From NCBI GenBank assembly GCA_040222015.1, contig JAVJWO010000105.1:1-53433 (forward strand): a stretch of 53,433 bases of DNA, given 5' to 3'. This DNA comes from Coleofasciculus chthonoplastes F2-STO-03 (GTDB lineage Bacteria; Cyanobacteriota; Cyanobacteriia; Cyanobacteriales; Coleofasciculaceae). Below, piece after piece: positions 18,626 through 28,552 of the stretch. The notes beneath the pieces were generated by a model. The model was not told where the DNA came from and searched no databases. It saw only the letters and a list, made by a program, of their open reading frames with translations. The position numbers and the translations under genes were made by a program. Numbering within the stretch: position 1 is the stretch's first letter; each line of letters starts with the position of its first letter.

Positions 18626-19762
18626 TCATTCGTCATTTGTATTTGGGGCAAATCGTTCTAACAATTGTTCACGGGAAAGGGTAGTTAGTAGGGGAGTTAA
18701 TTCTTGGGAAGGTAATTGTAACATGGGCGCGATCGCACTGGCTAATTCGGGGTCAAGTTCTCCAAATCGTACTCTCAGAAACCGTTCTATGGTTTCTTGT
18801 CTTGAGGTTTCGTCTCGCATTGGCAGATTACCAAACCACAGTAACAGTTCCTCACGTTCAAGGTTAAATAACAGCCGAGTCAACTCCTGAGGGGGTAACT
18901 GTAACATGGGCGCGATCGCACTCACTAAGTTTGGGTCAAGTTCCCCAAATCGCACTCGGAGAAAGTTTTCCGCCATTTGGCGTTGTCCTTCAAGTCTGCC
19001 TTCAAGTCTGCCTTCAAGTTTGCCTTCTTGTATCCCCTCTCGCTTGCCTTGTTCTAAGGTTTCTTCTTGCCATTTTAAGTAAGCTGGTGATAAGTTCATG
19101 AGCAATTCCCTGTCCTGTTCACTTAAATTGTCGCTTTCGTTGATCGTGATACGCCAGTTTGCCAGAATCTGTAAAATTGTCTGCCGATAGGGGTTCTGTT
19201 GGGGTAAAGCGACCAATTCATCGATCGCTTGCTTCTGAGTTCCGCGTTTTCCCAAAACCCTTAACCATAGTGTATCTTCAGTGACGGGCAGTTGGTTGAT
19301 GGCGATTAATCCTGTTTTCAGGAACTCTGGCATAAAATATACACCGTCTCCCCAGTTTCCTGACTGCTTCAGTCTTGCACCAAATCCGTTTAATAATCTT
19401 GTGGAACAAGAGGGTGAGAGAATCCACAGGTGGGGCCAATCGGTGTCGGGAAATGAAGTCCTTTCTCGTCTGGCTTTTCGCCGCATTTCACTGCGTACTG
19501 AGTTTAACTTGCTTTGGCAGTCGAGTACCTCGGCGGGGCTGGGTGGATTGCGGAAGGGTTCTAATAGACAGGCGGTTGTTGCCATTCGTCCCAGTAATCC
19601 CAGGTTTTCGGGTGCTGTGGCTGGTGATGGTGTTGGTACAAACCAAACATCAACTTGGCGGATTTCGGGGGATATTTCCCGACTGGTTTCGACGTTTCCT
19701 AGAGGGGCTAATAATTCCTCTAGGTATTGCTTGGCAAATTGATCGTGAGGCTTTCGTGTCAT
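18626..19762 (-). CDS. Rpn/PD-(D/E)xK nuclease-like putative transposase-family protein with duplicated C-terminal (DUF4351-like) domain
   Basis: PHDQFAKQYL, RQVDVWF, LLEPFRN, EGRL repeats, two copies of FLRVRFGELDP..SAIAPMLQLP. Confidence 0.75.
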   Translation of the reverse strand: MTRKPHDQFAKQYLEELLAPLGNVETSREISPEIRQVDVWFVPTPSPATAPENLGLLGRMATTACLLEPFRNPPSPAEVLDCQSKLNSVRSEMRRKARRERTSFPDTDWPHLWILSPSCSTRLLNGFGARLKQSGNWGDGVYFMPEFLKTGLIAINQLPVTEDTLWLRVLGKRGTQKQAIDELVALPQQNPYRQTILQILANWRITINESDNLSEQDRELLMNLSPAYLKWQEETLEQGKREGIQEGKLEGRLEGRLEGQRQMAENFLRVRFGELDPNLVSAIAPMLQLPPQELTRLLFNLEREELLLWFGNLPMRDETSRQETIERFLRVRFGELDPELASAIAPMLQLPSQELTPLLTTLSREQLLERFAPNTNDE

Positions 19763-19781
19763 TTGAATTTAAAGTTGAGTG

Positions 19782-19899
19782 GGGCGGTTGAAACCGCAAC
19801 TACACAAACGAAACCCGCCTTCGCGGGTTCCAAAACTCTTAATTTGTTGTTAGTCCGCGCAGGCGGACTTGGGTTGTCTAGCCGCGAATTCTATTCGCC
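19782..19899. repeat. Cyanobacterial short dispersed palindromic repeat, head-to-head pair
   Basis: GCGGTTGAAACCGC...AACCCGCCTTCGCGGGTT and the inverted related unit AGTCCGCGCAGGCGGACT...GCGAATTCTATTCGC. Confidence 0.7.
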
Positions 19900-20276
19900 A
19901 AGGCTTATTAATGGGATTGATGTAGAACTAATTAGCCGATGTTATTGGATTAAAGCGCGATCGCACTCTATCCCGCAACCTACTAAAACGTAATTTGACT
20001 GACTCTTTAACTTAGTCAGTACTTTTGTGAAGGTTGAGTGAAAGTAACGAAAAATTATTGACAAAATATATTTTTTGTGGTTCTAGTGACAGAGGCATGA
20101 CATTCTTGGTTGTGGATTGGTAACCCTGCCAACAAAGCGTGTTCGTAACATCTCGTTACAATGGACTTGGCGCGATCGCACTCGACCTGCTGAAAATAAT
20201 AAGGATAGAGTTAAGGGAAACCTTCACCCTATACCCTCTACAATGATGAACGTCAGATTCAAGGAGTACCCGCCTA

Positions 20277-21587
20277 ATGTTGCCATACGTCCTCGCGTTA
20301 GTTATCGGTTTTGGTAGCTTTGCCTATTACATGGCAGCATTCTTTTTTCCCGAAGTCCACCGCAAAAGCGACTTCTTCTGGAGTGGTGTCGGATTTTTCT
20401 ACGCCCTCGTCTTGTGGGTATGTGGGGGAAGGATTACGGGGGCGGTACTCCTGAGTCAACTCGCCAGTGTATCCCTATTGGGGTGGTTAGGCTGGCAAAC
20501 GCTGATGCTGCGGCGACAGTTGGCTTTACCTGAAGCCCAAACCGAAATTTCGCCCCAAGTTCAGGAAAAAATAGCAGGTTCTGGGATGTTCCAACTGGCA
20601 AAAAATCTAGTGGTTCAACCCGTCGCCCGGGTGTTCCGTAGAAAACCCGTGACACCAACCCCAGTCGTGACTGTACCAGAATCCGCCACCGAAACCGCCG
20701 CGCCAGAGACGGAAATCGCCACAGCAAAAACGGAAATTGGTGAATCCTTCCCAGAAACAGTGACAGAGATAACAGAGGAGGTGAAACCGCCATCAGCAGA
20801 AAGTGATGTCCCCGTCGCTTCTCCCACACAGGAAACGGAGGAAACCCCCGAAGAAGCCGTAATGGCGGATATCACTGAACCCGCTGACGTCACGGAAACG
20901 GTGGAAACAACGCCAACTGAATTGGTGGAGGAATCGGCTGAGGAAACAACACCGCCTGAACCGATAGGGGAATTTTCTCCAGATGAGTCTCCAGCCGAGA
21001 CACCCTTAGAAGAACAGACAGTAACCGAGATACCGACAGCCGAGACACCTATCGAACCCACCAAACAACCCAAACAACGCCAGGGAATTAGTGGATTTTT
21101 CAATAATCTCTTGGGTAAAAGTAAAGAGAAACCCGCTACAACCCAGGAACCGCAGACAGTCTCGAAGGAGATTCCCCCCTCACCCGAACCCAAACGCCCT
21201 GAATCCAGTCAGCCAGATACCTCACTCCAGGAATCCCCAACTCCAAGTCAGGATATGGAAGAGACAGCCGTAGCCGAGGAACCCCCAATTGTTGACACTA
21301 CCCCAGTCACAGACACACCACCACCGGAAGCGGAACTCCCCCAAAACCAAGACAGCCAACCTCCAGAAACTGTAGAAGAATTCGCCGACTCGGAACCACT
21401 CATCCGCCCAACTCCACCCCAACCGGAACCAGTAGACGAGGTGAACCCTTCCCCAGAATCAGACGCCTCAGAGACTCCAGACATTCCCCCAGAAGCGCCA
21501 TTATCACCCCCCGCTGAACCCATGGATGAAAGTAATCCCAAAACTCAACAATCTCAAGATTCAGAAAATCCTTCCCAGTCAAGTTGA
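20277..21587 (+). CDS. ycf66: Ycf66 family protein with long acidic Pro/Thr/Glu-rich tail
   Basis: AFFFPEVHRKSDFFWSGVGFFYALVLW...LLSQLASV N-terminal membrane domain. Confidence 0.75.
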   Translation: MLPYVLALVIGFGSFAYYMAAFFFPEVHRKSDFFWSGVGFFYALVLWVCGGRITGAVLLSQLASVSLLGWLGWQTLMLRRQLALPEAQTEISPQVQEKIAGSGMFQLAKNLVVQPVARVFRRKPVTPTPVVTVPESATETAAPETEIATAKTEIGESFPETVTEITEEVKPPSAESDVPVASPTQETEETPEEAVMADITEPADVTETVETTPTELVEESAEETTPPEPIGEFSPDESPAETPLEEQTVTEIPTAETPIEPTKQPKQRQGISGFFNNLLGKSKEKPATTQEPQTVSKEIPPSPEPKRPESSQPDTSLQESPTPSQDMEETAVAEEPPIVDTTPVTDTPPPEAELPQNQDSQPPETVEEFADSEPLIRPTPPQPEPVDEVNPSPESDASETPDIPPEAPLSPPAEPMDESNPKTQQSQDSENPSQSS

Positions 21588-22007
21588 ACGAAAGTTGAGC
21601 GCAGTCCCTATCTAGAATCTTTGATTTAGATGGGGTTAGCGAAACAAAATAGCTTGCTTATCGCAAGAGAATTAATATTAGCTGACAACAAGCAAGTTGT
21701 CAATAATAAACTGGCGATTCATCCCACGCTCAATCGAAGATTAGAGCGTGGGGAACCTATCGCCGGATAAGCTAAAATTAAATAGGGCAAGTTCTGTCCA
21801 ATTTTAAGCCTGTGGACTGGAAAGAGTGCCGTCACCGCCAGAGTGAAGCAGGAAGCAATTCGGATGATGTCTAACAATATCCAAATGTTGTCTAGCTTTG
21901 TCCAAATGTTGTAGAACGGATACATCAAACCGCATATTGTAAAAAGGAGTAATCGGGACTAATCCCAACTCCCCTAGACGTACAACCACTAACCAACAGG
22001 TCGAACT

Positions 22008-25000
22008 GTGACAGAAGCTAAATCCTACAAAGACACCGTAAATCTGCCCCAAACCCAATTTAGTATGCGGGCAAACGCGGTCAAACGGGAACCGGAACTG
22101 CAACAATTTTGGCAAGACCAACAAATTTATCAGCGACTGTCACAGACAAATCCCGGTGATATTTTTGTTCTCCACGATGGTCCCCCCTACGCGAATGGGG
22201 CTTTACATATTGGACACGCCCTAAATAAAATTCTTAAAGATATCATCAATAAGTATAAGCTGCTGCAAGGGTATAAAGTTCGCTACGTCCCCGGCTGGGA
22301 TTGCCATGGCTTACCCATTGAACTGAAAGTCCTGCAAGCCATGGACTCTGAAGAACGCCAAGCCCTAACCCCGATAAAACTGCGGCGCAAAGCCCGAAAA
22401 TTTGCCCTGAAAACGGTTGATCAGCAGCGCCAAGGGTTTCAACGGTATGGTGTATGGGGAGACTGGGATCATCCTTACCTGACCTTAACTCCAGAATACG
22501 AAGCCGCCCAAATTGGCGTATTCGGTCAGATGGTGCTAAAAGGGTATATCTATCGGGGCATGAAGCCCGTTCATTGGAGTCCCAGTTCCCAAACTGCCTT
22601 GGCAGAAGCGGAGTTAGAATATCCAGAAGGACATACCTCCCGCAGTCTTTATGCCGCATTTCCCCTGACCAAAGCCACCGACTCGGTGGAAGCAAAGCTA
22701 AAACCCTATTTAGTAGATTTGGGTGTGGCTATCTGGACAACCACCCCCTGGACAATTCCCGGTAACTTAGCCGTGGCGGTGAATCCCGAACTCACCTACG
22801 CCGTCGTGGAAGTGTCGGAGAAATCAGCCAGTCAGGAGGTGGAGAAATCCTCGAAACCCACTAAGACAAAGGCACAAGGATTTGCCCCCACTCAAGACGA
22901 GGAATCCCCAGAATCAGACTCCACCGACTCAGACACGGAAGCTGAAGGGTTTAAATACTTAATCGTGGCGGCGGAATTAGTCGAACGCCTCTCTCAAACC
23001 CTGGATAAAGACCTAACCGTCAAAACCACGCTGAAAGGACAGGAATTAGAACATTGTACCTATCGCCATCCCCTGTTTGACCGAGAGAGTCCGATTGTAA
23101 TTGGTGGCGATTACATTACCACAGAATCGGGAACCGGCTTAGTTCATACCGCACCCGGTCATGGTCAAGAAGATTATATCGTCGGTCAGCGCTACAACTT
23201 ACCGATTATCTCTCCCGTAGATGGAAATGGAGATTTTACCACTGAAGCGGGACCCTTTGCTGGGTTAAATGTGTTGCGGAATGCGAATCCAGCGGTGATT
23301 GACGCCCTCAAAGATGTGGGTTCGTTCCTGAAAGAGGAAAACTATGTGCATAAGTATCCCTACGATTGGCGCACCAAAGAACCAACTATTTTCCGGGCGA
23401 CGGAACAATGGTTTGCGTCGGTGGATGGCTTCCGGGAAGAAGTGATGAAGGCGATTCAATCAGTTAATTGGATTCCTTCCCAAGGAGAAAACCGGATTAC
23501 CGCTATGGTGTCGGAACGTTCCGATTGGTGTATCTCTCGCCAACGGAGTTGGGGTGTACCGATTCCGGTGTTTTATGACGAGGAGACGAATGAACCCCTG
23601 TTGACAGAAGAAACGATTGCCCACGTCCAAAAGATTATTGCTGAAAAAGGGTCAGATGCGTGGTGGGAATTGTCCGTAACCGAATTATTGCCCGAATCCT
23701 ACCAGAATAATGGTCGCACGTATCGCAAAGGAACCGATACGATGGATGTCTGGTTTGACTCCGGTTCGTCTTGGGCGGGAGTTGTCCAAGAACGTGAGGA
23801 ATTATTCTACCCTGTCGATATGTACCTGGAAGGATCTGACCAACATCGGGGGTGGTTCCAATCCAGTATCCTCACCAGTGTGGCGACAAAGGGTTGTGCG
23901 CCCTATAAATCGGTATTAACCCACGGCTTTGTTCTGGATGAACAAGGGCGTAAAATGAGTAAATCTGTGGGGAATGTGGTAGACCCCGCGACGATTATTG
24001 AAGGGGGGAAGAATCATAAACAGGAACCGCCGTATGGTGCGGATTTACTGCGGCTGTGGGTGTCATCGGTGGACTATTCGGTGGATGTCCCCATTGGTCA
24101 AGGGATACTGAAACAGCTTTCCGATATTTATCGCAAGATTCGCAATACGGCGCGATTTTTATTGGGAAATCTGCATGATTTTGACCCCGCCAAAAATGCG
24201 GTGGCGTATGAACAGTTACCGGAATTAGACCGCTATATGCTGCACCGGATGACGGAGGTGTTTGGTGAGGTGACGGAGGCGTTTGAGACTTATCAGTTTT
24301 TCCGCTTCTTCCAAACAGTGCAGAATTTCTGTGTGGTGGATTTGTCCAACTTTTATTTGGATATGGCGAAAGATCGTCTGTATATTAGTCATCCGGATTC
24401 GGTACGACGACGCAGTTGTCAGACGGTATTAGCGATCGCACTGGAAAATTTAGCTCGATCGATCGCGCCTGTATTATGCCATACATCGGAAGATATCTGG
24501 CAATATCTGCCTTATCCCACTCCCTATAAATCGGTGTTTGAGTCGGGATGGGTGCAGTTAGATGAAACCTGGAAAAAGCCGGAATTGGTGGAGAAGTGGA
24601 CAAGGTTACGGACTATCCGCACGGAGGTGAATAAGGTTTTAGAGCAAGCTAGGACAGAGAAGATGATAGGCTCTTCTTTAGAAGCGAAAGTGTTGCTCTA
24701 TGTCCCTGATGCTCAATTACGCCAACAGTTGCGGAAATTAAACCCCAGTGGGATTCCGCGCCTGTGGTTGCAAACCCCGAAACCGGAACTGATGGTGATG
24801 GGGGAGGAACCAGAAGCCGCATTAGCTTCAGAAACTCTGTCCTCAGAGACAGGGGAACAAGAGTGGAGTTTTAATCAAATTCTGTCTAATGTATTGGTGA
24901 CGCTACGCCAAGTTTTCAGCGAAAATCAGCGCGTATGGTTAACGGTGGGGGTAGTGGTAGCGGTACCGATTACGTTAAAAGTAACCGCAACTGTATTAGA

Positions 25001-25517
25001 TTCGATCGCACGTTTACCCTTATTGGCTGATATGTTGCAACTGGTGGGGGTTGGCTACAGTGCTTGGTTTATCAATCGCTATTTACTCCGCGCCCCCAAT
25101 CGGCAAGAATTAGCCCAGAAAGCGCGATCGCTAAAAACCGAGGTATTGGGTGAAGGTTCTCCCCAACCGGAACCTGAAACGGTTGAACCCGCAGTCGCAC
25201 CCCCTCCGCCAGTACAACCGCAACCCCAACCCCAACCTCAACCCAGAATTCTAGGGGAACGGTTTACGGTTCTCAGTAACGGGGTGGATGAGTTGCGCTA
25301 TCTGTTTTTAGCCTCCCAAGTTGAGGTGTTAGATTCCCCGGATGCGATTGAAAATGCTGACTATCGCAGTCAGTCGGATCACGTCTGGGTAGGAGTTGTC
25401 AAAGCTGAGGGGGAAAAGTGCGATCGCTGCTGGAACTATTCACCTTTTGTGGGTAAAATTATCGAGCATCCCACGATTTGTGAACGGTGTCGGGCTGCGT
25501 TGGCGGGTCAATGGTAA
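22008..25517 (+). CDS. ileS: Isoleucine--tRNA ligase carrying an inserted CAAD (CURT1-like) membrane domain
   Basis: HDGPPYANG, HIGH, KMSKS, C-terminal CDRCWN...CERC; inserted hydrophobic segment ...LPLLADMLQLVGVGYSAWFINRYLL...RQEL. Confidence 0.97.
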   Translation: MTEAKSYKDTVNLPQTQFSMRANAVKREPELQQFWQDQQIYQRLSQTNPGDIFVLHDGPPYANGALHIGHALNKILKDIINKYKLLQGYKVRYVPGWDCHGLPIELKVLQAMDSEERQALTPIKLRRKARKFALKTVDQQRQGFQRYGVWGDWDHPYLTLTPEYEAAQIGVFGQMVLKGYIYRGMKPVHWSPSSQTALAEAELEYPEGHTSRSLYAAFPLTKATDSVEAKLKPYLVDLGVAIWTTTPWTIPGNLAVAVNPELTYAVVEVSEKSASQEVEKSSKPTKTKAQGFAPTQDEESPESDSTDSDTEAEGFKYLIVAAELVERLSQTLDKDLTVKTTLKGQELEHCTYRHPLFDRESPIVIGGDYITTESGTGLVHTAPGHGQEDYIVGQRYNLPIISPVDGNGDFTTEAGPFAGLNVLRNANPAVIDALKDVGSFLKEENYVHKYPYDWRTKEPTIFRATEQWFASVDGFREEVMKAIQSVNWIPSQGENRITAMVSERSDWCISRQRSWGVPIPVFYDEETNEPLLTEETIAHVQKIIAEKGSDAWWELSVTELLPESYQNNGRTYRKGTDTMDVWFDSGSSWAGVVQEREELFYPVDMYLEGSDQHRGWFQSSILTSVATKGCAPYKSVLTHGFVLDEQGRKMSKSVGNVVDPATIIEGGKNHKQEPPYGADLLRLWVSSVDYSVDVPIGQGILKQLSDIYRKIRNTARFLLGNLHDFDPAKNAVAYEQLPELDRYMLHRMTEVFGEVTEAFETYQFFRFFQTVQNFCVVDLSNFYLDMAKDRLYISHPDSVRRRSCQTVLAIALENLARSIAPVLCHTSEDIWQYLPYPTPYKSVFESGWVQLDETWKKPELVEKWTRLRTIRTEVNKVLEQARTEKMIGSSLEAKVLLYVPDAQLRQQLRKLNPSGIPRLWLQTPKPELMVMGEEPEAALASETLSSETGEQEWSFNQILSNVLVTLRQVFSENQRVWLTVGVVVAVPITLKVTATVLDSIARLPLLADMLQLVGVGYSAWFINRYLLRAPNRQELAQKARSLKTEVLGEGSPQPEPETVEPAVAPPPPVQPQPQPQPQPRILGERFTVLSNGVDELRYLFLASQVEVLDSPDAIENADYRSQSDHVWVGVVKAEGEKCDRCWNYSPFVGKIIEHPTICERCRAALAGQW

Positions 25518-25635
25518 TTTGTCATTTGTCATTTGTCATTTGTCATTTGTCATTTGTCATTTGTCATTTGTCATTTGTCATTTGTCATTTGTCATTTGTC
25601 ATTTGTCATTTGTCATTTGTCATTTGTCATTCGTC
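25518..25635. repeat. Heptamer STRR (TTTGTCA) x about 16
   Basis: Perfect tandem array immediately after the ileS stop. Confidence 0.95.
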
Positions 25636-25681
25636 TAAGAACAGGGAACAGGGAACAGGTAAGGTAGAGTTTTGAGTTAAC

Positions 25682-25761
25682 TTCCCCATCTCCCCCATCT
25701 ACCCCATCTTCCCCATATTCCCCATATTCCCCATAATACCCAACTTACCCAGACTACCCAC
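25682..25761. repeat. Degenerate 9-mer STRR tract (CCCCATCTN/CCCCATATT)
   Basis: Tandem 9-nt units. Confidence 0.7.
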
Positions 25762-25859
25762 AGCAAGCCCTAAATATCCAACTATTAATCCCCACCCTGT
25801 AAGAGAGTGGGGAATTCCGCCGAATCGATTAATCAAATTATTTTGTCGGGTAGATGCGA

Positions 25860-25931
25860 CTGGGGTGCCAGGATTCGAACCTGGGAATGGCGGGACCAAA
25901 ACCCGCTGCCTTACCGCTTGGCTACACCCCA
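25860..25931 (-). tRNA. tRNA-Gln (anticodon TTG)
   Basis: Reverse complement TGGGGTGTAGCCAAGCGGTAAGGCAGCGGGTTTTGGTCCCGCCATTCCCAGGTTCGAATCCTGGCACCCCAG; acceptor stem, T-loop GTTCGAATC; CCA not encoded. Confidence 0.97.
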
Positions 25932-26452
25932 ATGTGTGTACCTTGCTTATATTAGCAGTTGTGGCTGGGAATATGTCAAGAGATTTTTGAAAATTGGCTG
26001 ATTTCTCCTGATCTCAGGGAACAGAAGGCTCAATTTACGCGGCGGACTCCCATTACCTATTGCCCATTGCCCATTGCCTAGCGCGTAGCGCTATATAAAC
26101 AAGTATTAAGATAAGCTAAGATTATTTAACTCGTTGCCCAGGGTGAAAAAGTTAATATAATCTTTATATTACGCTAGAATCCCCTACAATAAGGCATTGG
26201 CTGCATTAATCAGGGGAACGTAGCTTTTACATACCTTCAGGTTAGGAGGATTTCTGTCCAAGGGTTGAACTAAATTTGTATTCTTTTGTAAAGAAAAAAT
26301 TTGACGGCATGTCGAGTTGTCACCATACCGCCAGATCCAGTAAGGGCAACGCTCTACTGGCGATTTATAGCTAGGGGTGACTGTAGCTGAAGACAACTCG
26401 TCATTAAACCTGGCACAACTTTAACCTACCAATTAACGCTGGAGATTCACTA

Positions 26453-26686
26453 ATGAGATTAATTCGCGAAATTGTTCAAGAAGCGGAAAAGACTGGCTAC
26501 CTGACCCTACAAGCTGAAGACCAATTGCGTCAACTTTTAGCCAACAAGTACGACTGGGAAGACTTTACCGCGTTCATCCAATTACAGCAAGCAGTGATGG
26601 AAGAACGGGTGAAGCAAGAGTCTCGTGAGCTACTCTACACGTTATCCTCTTGCCACACCCCTACCCCTTGCCATCAAGCGGGGTAG
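26453..26686 (+). CDS. Small conserved cyanobacterial hypothetical protein
   Basis: IREIVQEA..TGYLT..AEDQLRQLL...VKQESRE pattern; GGAG RBS upstream. Confidence 0.7.
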   Translation: MRLIREIVQEAEKTGYLTLQAEDQLRQLLANKYDWEDFTAFIQLQQAVMEERVKQESRELLYTLSSCHTPTPCHQAG

Positions 26687-28518
26687 ATTCGCAAGCGGCG
26701 ATTGGGTTCATCGCCGAAACTATCGGACTTGAGGCGATAATGTTCCACCAGTTCGTGCTGCATCTTTCGCACTTTTGGCGATCGCGGTAGTAACTCGACG
26801 GGTTGTCCATTAGGAATCACGATTTGCTCGACGGCTAACCGGGCTTCTTCTAGCGCCTCAATCTCATCATCACTTCCACTTTGGGTAAACAACCGCAAAT
26901 CTGCTGCATCGGGAACTCCAGGATCATCCATATCCAACATCCGCCGCAGGGCGCGACTCACTTGGGGGACAGTACTGGCTTTAACGGCATGAATTGGAAT
27001 TTGCCGGGAGCGGGCAATAGAGCGCAGTTTCGAGTGACTTTTAACATGCGATCGCAAACCTAAAATGGCATCGGCACTATCCATATCCTTGGTTAAGACA
27101 ACGGGTAAATTTAGCACCCGAATCACCTGCTCAATTTGATGGCGACTCACCCCATAGGGATAGACATGGAGGGGCAAATCTTCACCATTGGGTCCAATCG
27201 TGTCTATAACCTCGCCAACGGAATTGGGTTGTTGCCAAGAGTCATGAAGCAGCTGATCAAAATAACTGGTTTGAGCCGCAGCCGATGATGAGGAACGCGA
27301 TAGTGGCTGCATCTGTCCCGACGAACGCCAGCCACTTGGTTGTGCCACTAACCCGGACTGGGTACGGCGCTCCAGGGGAGCGGGTGCATCGGGGAATTCA
27401 CGGGTAATAATTACCTTATTCTGCTCATCCACCGTCCGCACTTGGGGATTCGGTTTGCGTCCCCGCAGTAGCGCATCCACGGTATCCGCCACACTCTCAT
27501 GCACTACCCAGCGCTGACGCTCCAGCATTTCCACGGCAATCTCAAACGTGGGCGGGGCTTTGCGTTCCAATACCGTCTTTTGAGAACCTCGGCGTCTGGC
27601 TTCATCATCACCCAAAGTTACGGCTTGAATCCCACCGACTAAATCAGAGAGCGTCGGATTTTTAATCAGATTGTCGATTTGGTTTCCATGGGCTGTTCCC
27701 ACCAACTGTACCCCTCGTTCTGCGATCGTGCGAGCGGCGAGGGCTTCGAGTTCGGTGCCAATTTCATCAATCACAATCACTTCGGGCATGTGATTTTCTA
27801 CCGCTTCAATCATCACCTGATGTTGAAGTTCTGGACGTGAGACTTGCATCCGCCGAGCTCGACCAATGGCAGGATGGGGAATATCGCCATCGCCGGCAAT
27901 TTCATTGGAGGTATCAATAATTACCACCCGTTTTTGTAGATCATCTGCCAGCACCCGGGCAATTTCGCGTAACGCCGTCGTTTTGCCCACACCTGGACGC
28001 CCCAACATCAAAATTGATTGACCCCGTTCGACGAGATCATGAATCAGACCAATAGTACCAAACACCGCTCGTCCGACGCGACAGGTTAACCCGATAATGT
28101 CGCCGGGACGATTGCGAATCGCGCTAATCCGGTGTAAGGTTTTCTCCAGTCCGGCTCGATTATCCCCACTGAAATGCCCAACCCGCTCAACACAATAGTT
28201 TAATTGTTCAGCGGTGACGGGGGTTTCGGACAGATATTCGGCACCAGAGGGGAAACGCACCTCAGGAAATCGACCCAAATCCATCACCACTTCAATTAAA
28301 TTGTCGCGATGGGGGTGTTGCTCCAGGATTTGGCGAATATCCTCTGGTAAAATAGCGAGTAATTTTTGGAGATCCTCAGTAATCTGCATCCCAGCTAAAT
28401 TGGTGGTGTTAGATAAGGCTTGATTGGATAACGATTGGGGATGGGATGGGTTCATCCCGTTGGCATTCACCATAGGCTTGTCATTCGTCATTTGTCTTAT
28501 GTCATTCGCCTGATGCAT
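26674..28518 (-). CDS. ycf45: Ycf45/SpoIIIAA-like AAA ATPase with C-terminal R3H domain (true start possibly downstream, e.g. about 28389)
   Basis: GRPGVGKTT, IIDTSNEIAGDG, VIDEIG, GTAHG; R3H motif RKMQH. Confidence 0.85.
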   Translation of the reverse strand: MHQANDIRQMTNDKPMVNANGMNPSHPQSLSNQALSNTTNLAGMQITEDLQKLLAILPEDIRQILEQHPHRDNLIEVVMDLGRFPEVRFPSGAEYLSETPVTAEQLNYCVERVGHFSGDNRAGLEKTLHRISAIRNRPGDIIGLTCRVGRAVFGTIGLIHDLVERGQSILMLGRPGVGKTTALREIARVLADDLQKRVVIIDTSNEIAGDGDIPHPAIGRARRMQVSRPELQHQVMIEAVENHMPEVIVIDEIGTELEALAARTIAERGVQLVGTAHGNQIDNLIKNPTLSDLVGGIQAVTLGDDEARRRGSQKTVLERKAPPTFEIAVEMLERQRWVVHESVADTVDALLRGRKPNPQVRTVDEQNKVIITREFPDAPAPLERRTQSGLVAQPSGWRSSGQMQPLSRSSSSAAAQTSYFDQLLHDSWQQPNSVGEVIDTIGPNGEDLPLHVYPYGVSRHQIEQVIRVLNLPVVLTKDMDSADAILGLRSHVKSHSKLRSIARSRQIPIHAVKASTVPQVSRALRRMLDMDDPGVPDAADLRLFTQSGSDDEIEALEEARLAVEQIVIPNGQPVELLPRSPKVRKMQHELVEHYRLKSDSFGDEPNRRLRIYPA

Positions 28519-28552
28519 CTGATGTAAAGGTGTGAGGACTATTTACAGAGCT

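Noticed and set aside
20615..21541. Long antisense ORFs in ycf66
   Set aside because: Shadows of the low-complexity Pro/Thr/Glu tail
25396..25675. ORFs reading LSFVICH repeats
   Set aside because: Translation artefacts of the TTTGTCA heptamer tract
25860..25931. tRNA-Gln as an integration site for an island
   Set aside because: No integrase nearby and no duplicated tRNA 3' end noticed in the window
25699..26001. Short ORFs spanning the tRNA
   Set aside because: They overlap tRNA-Gln and repeat tracts
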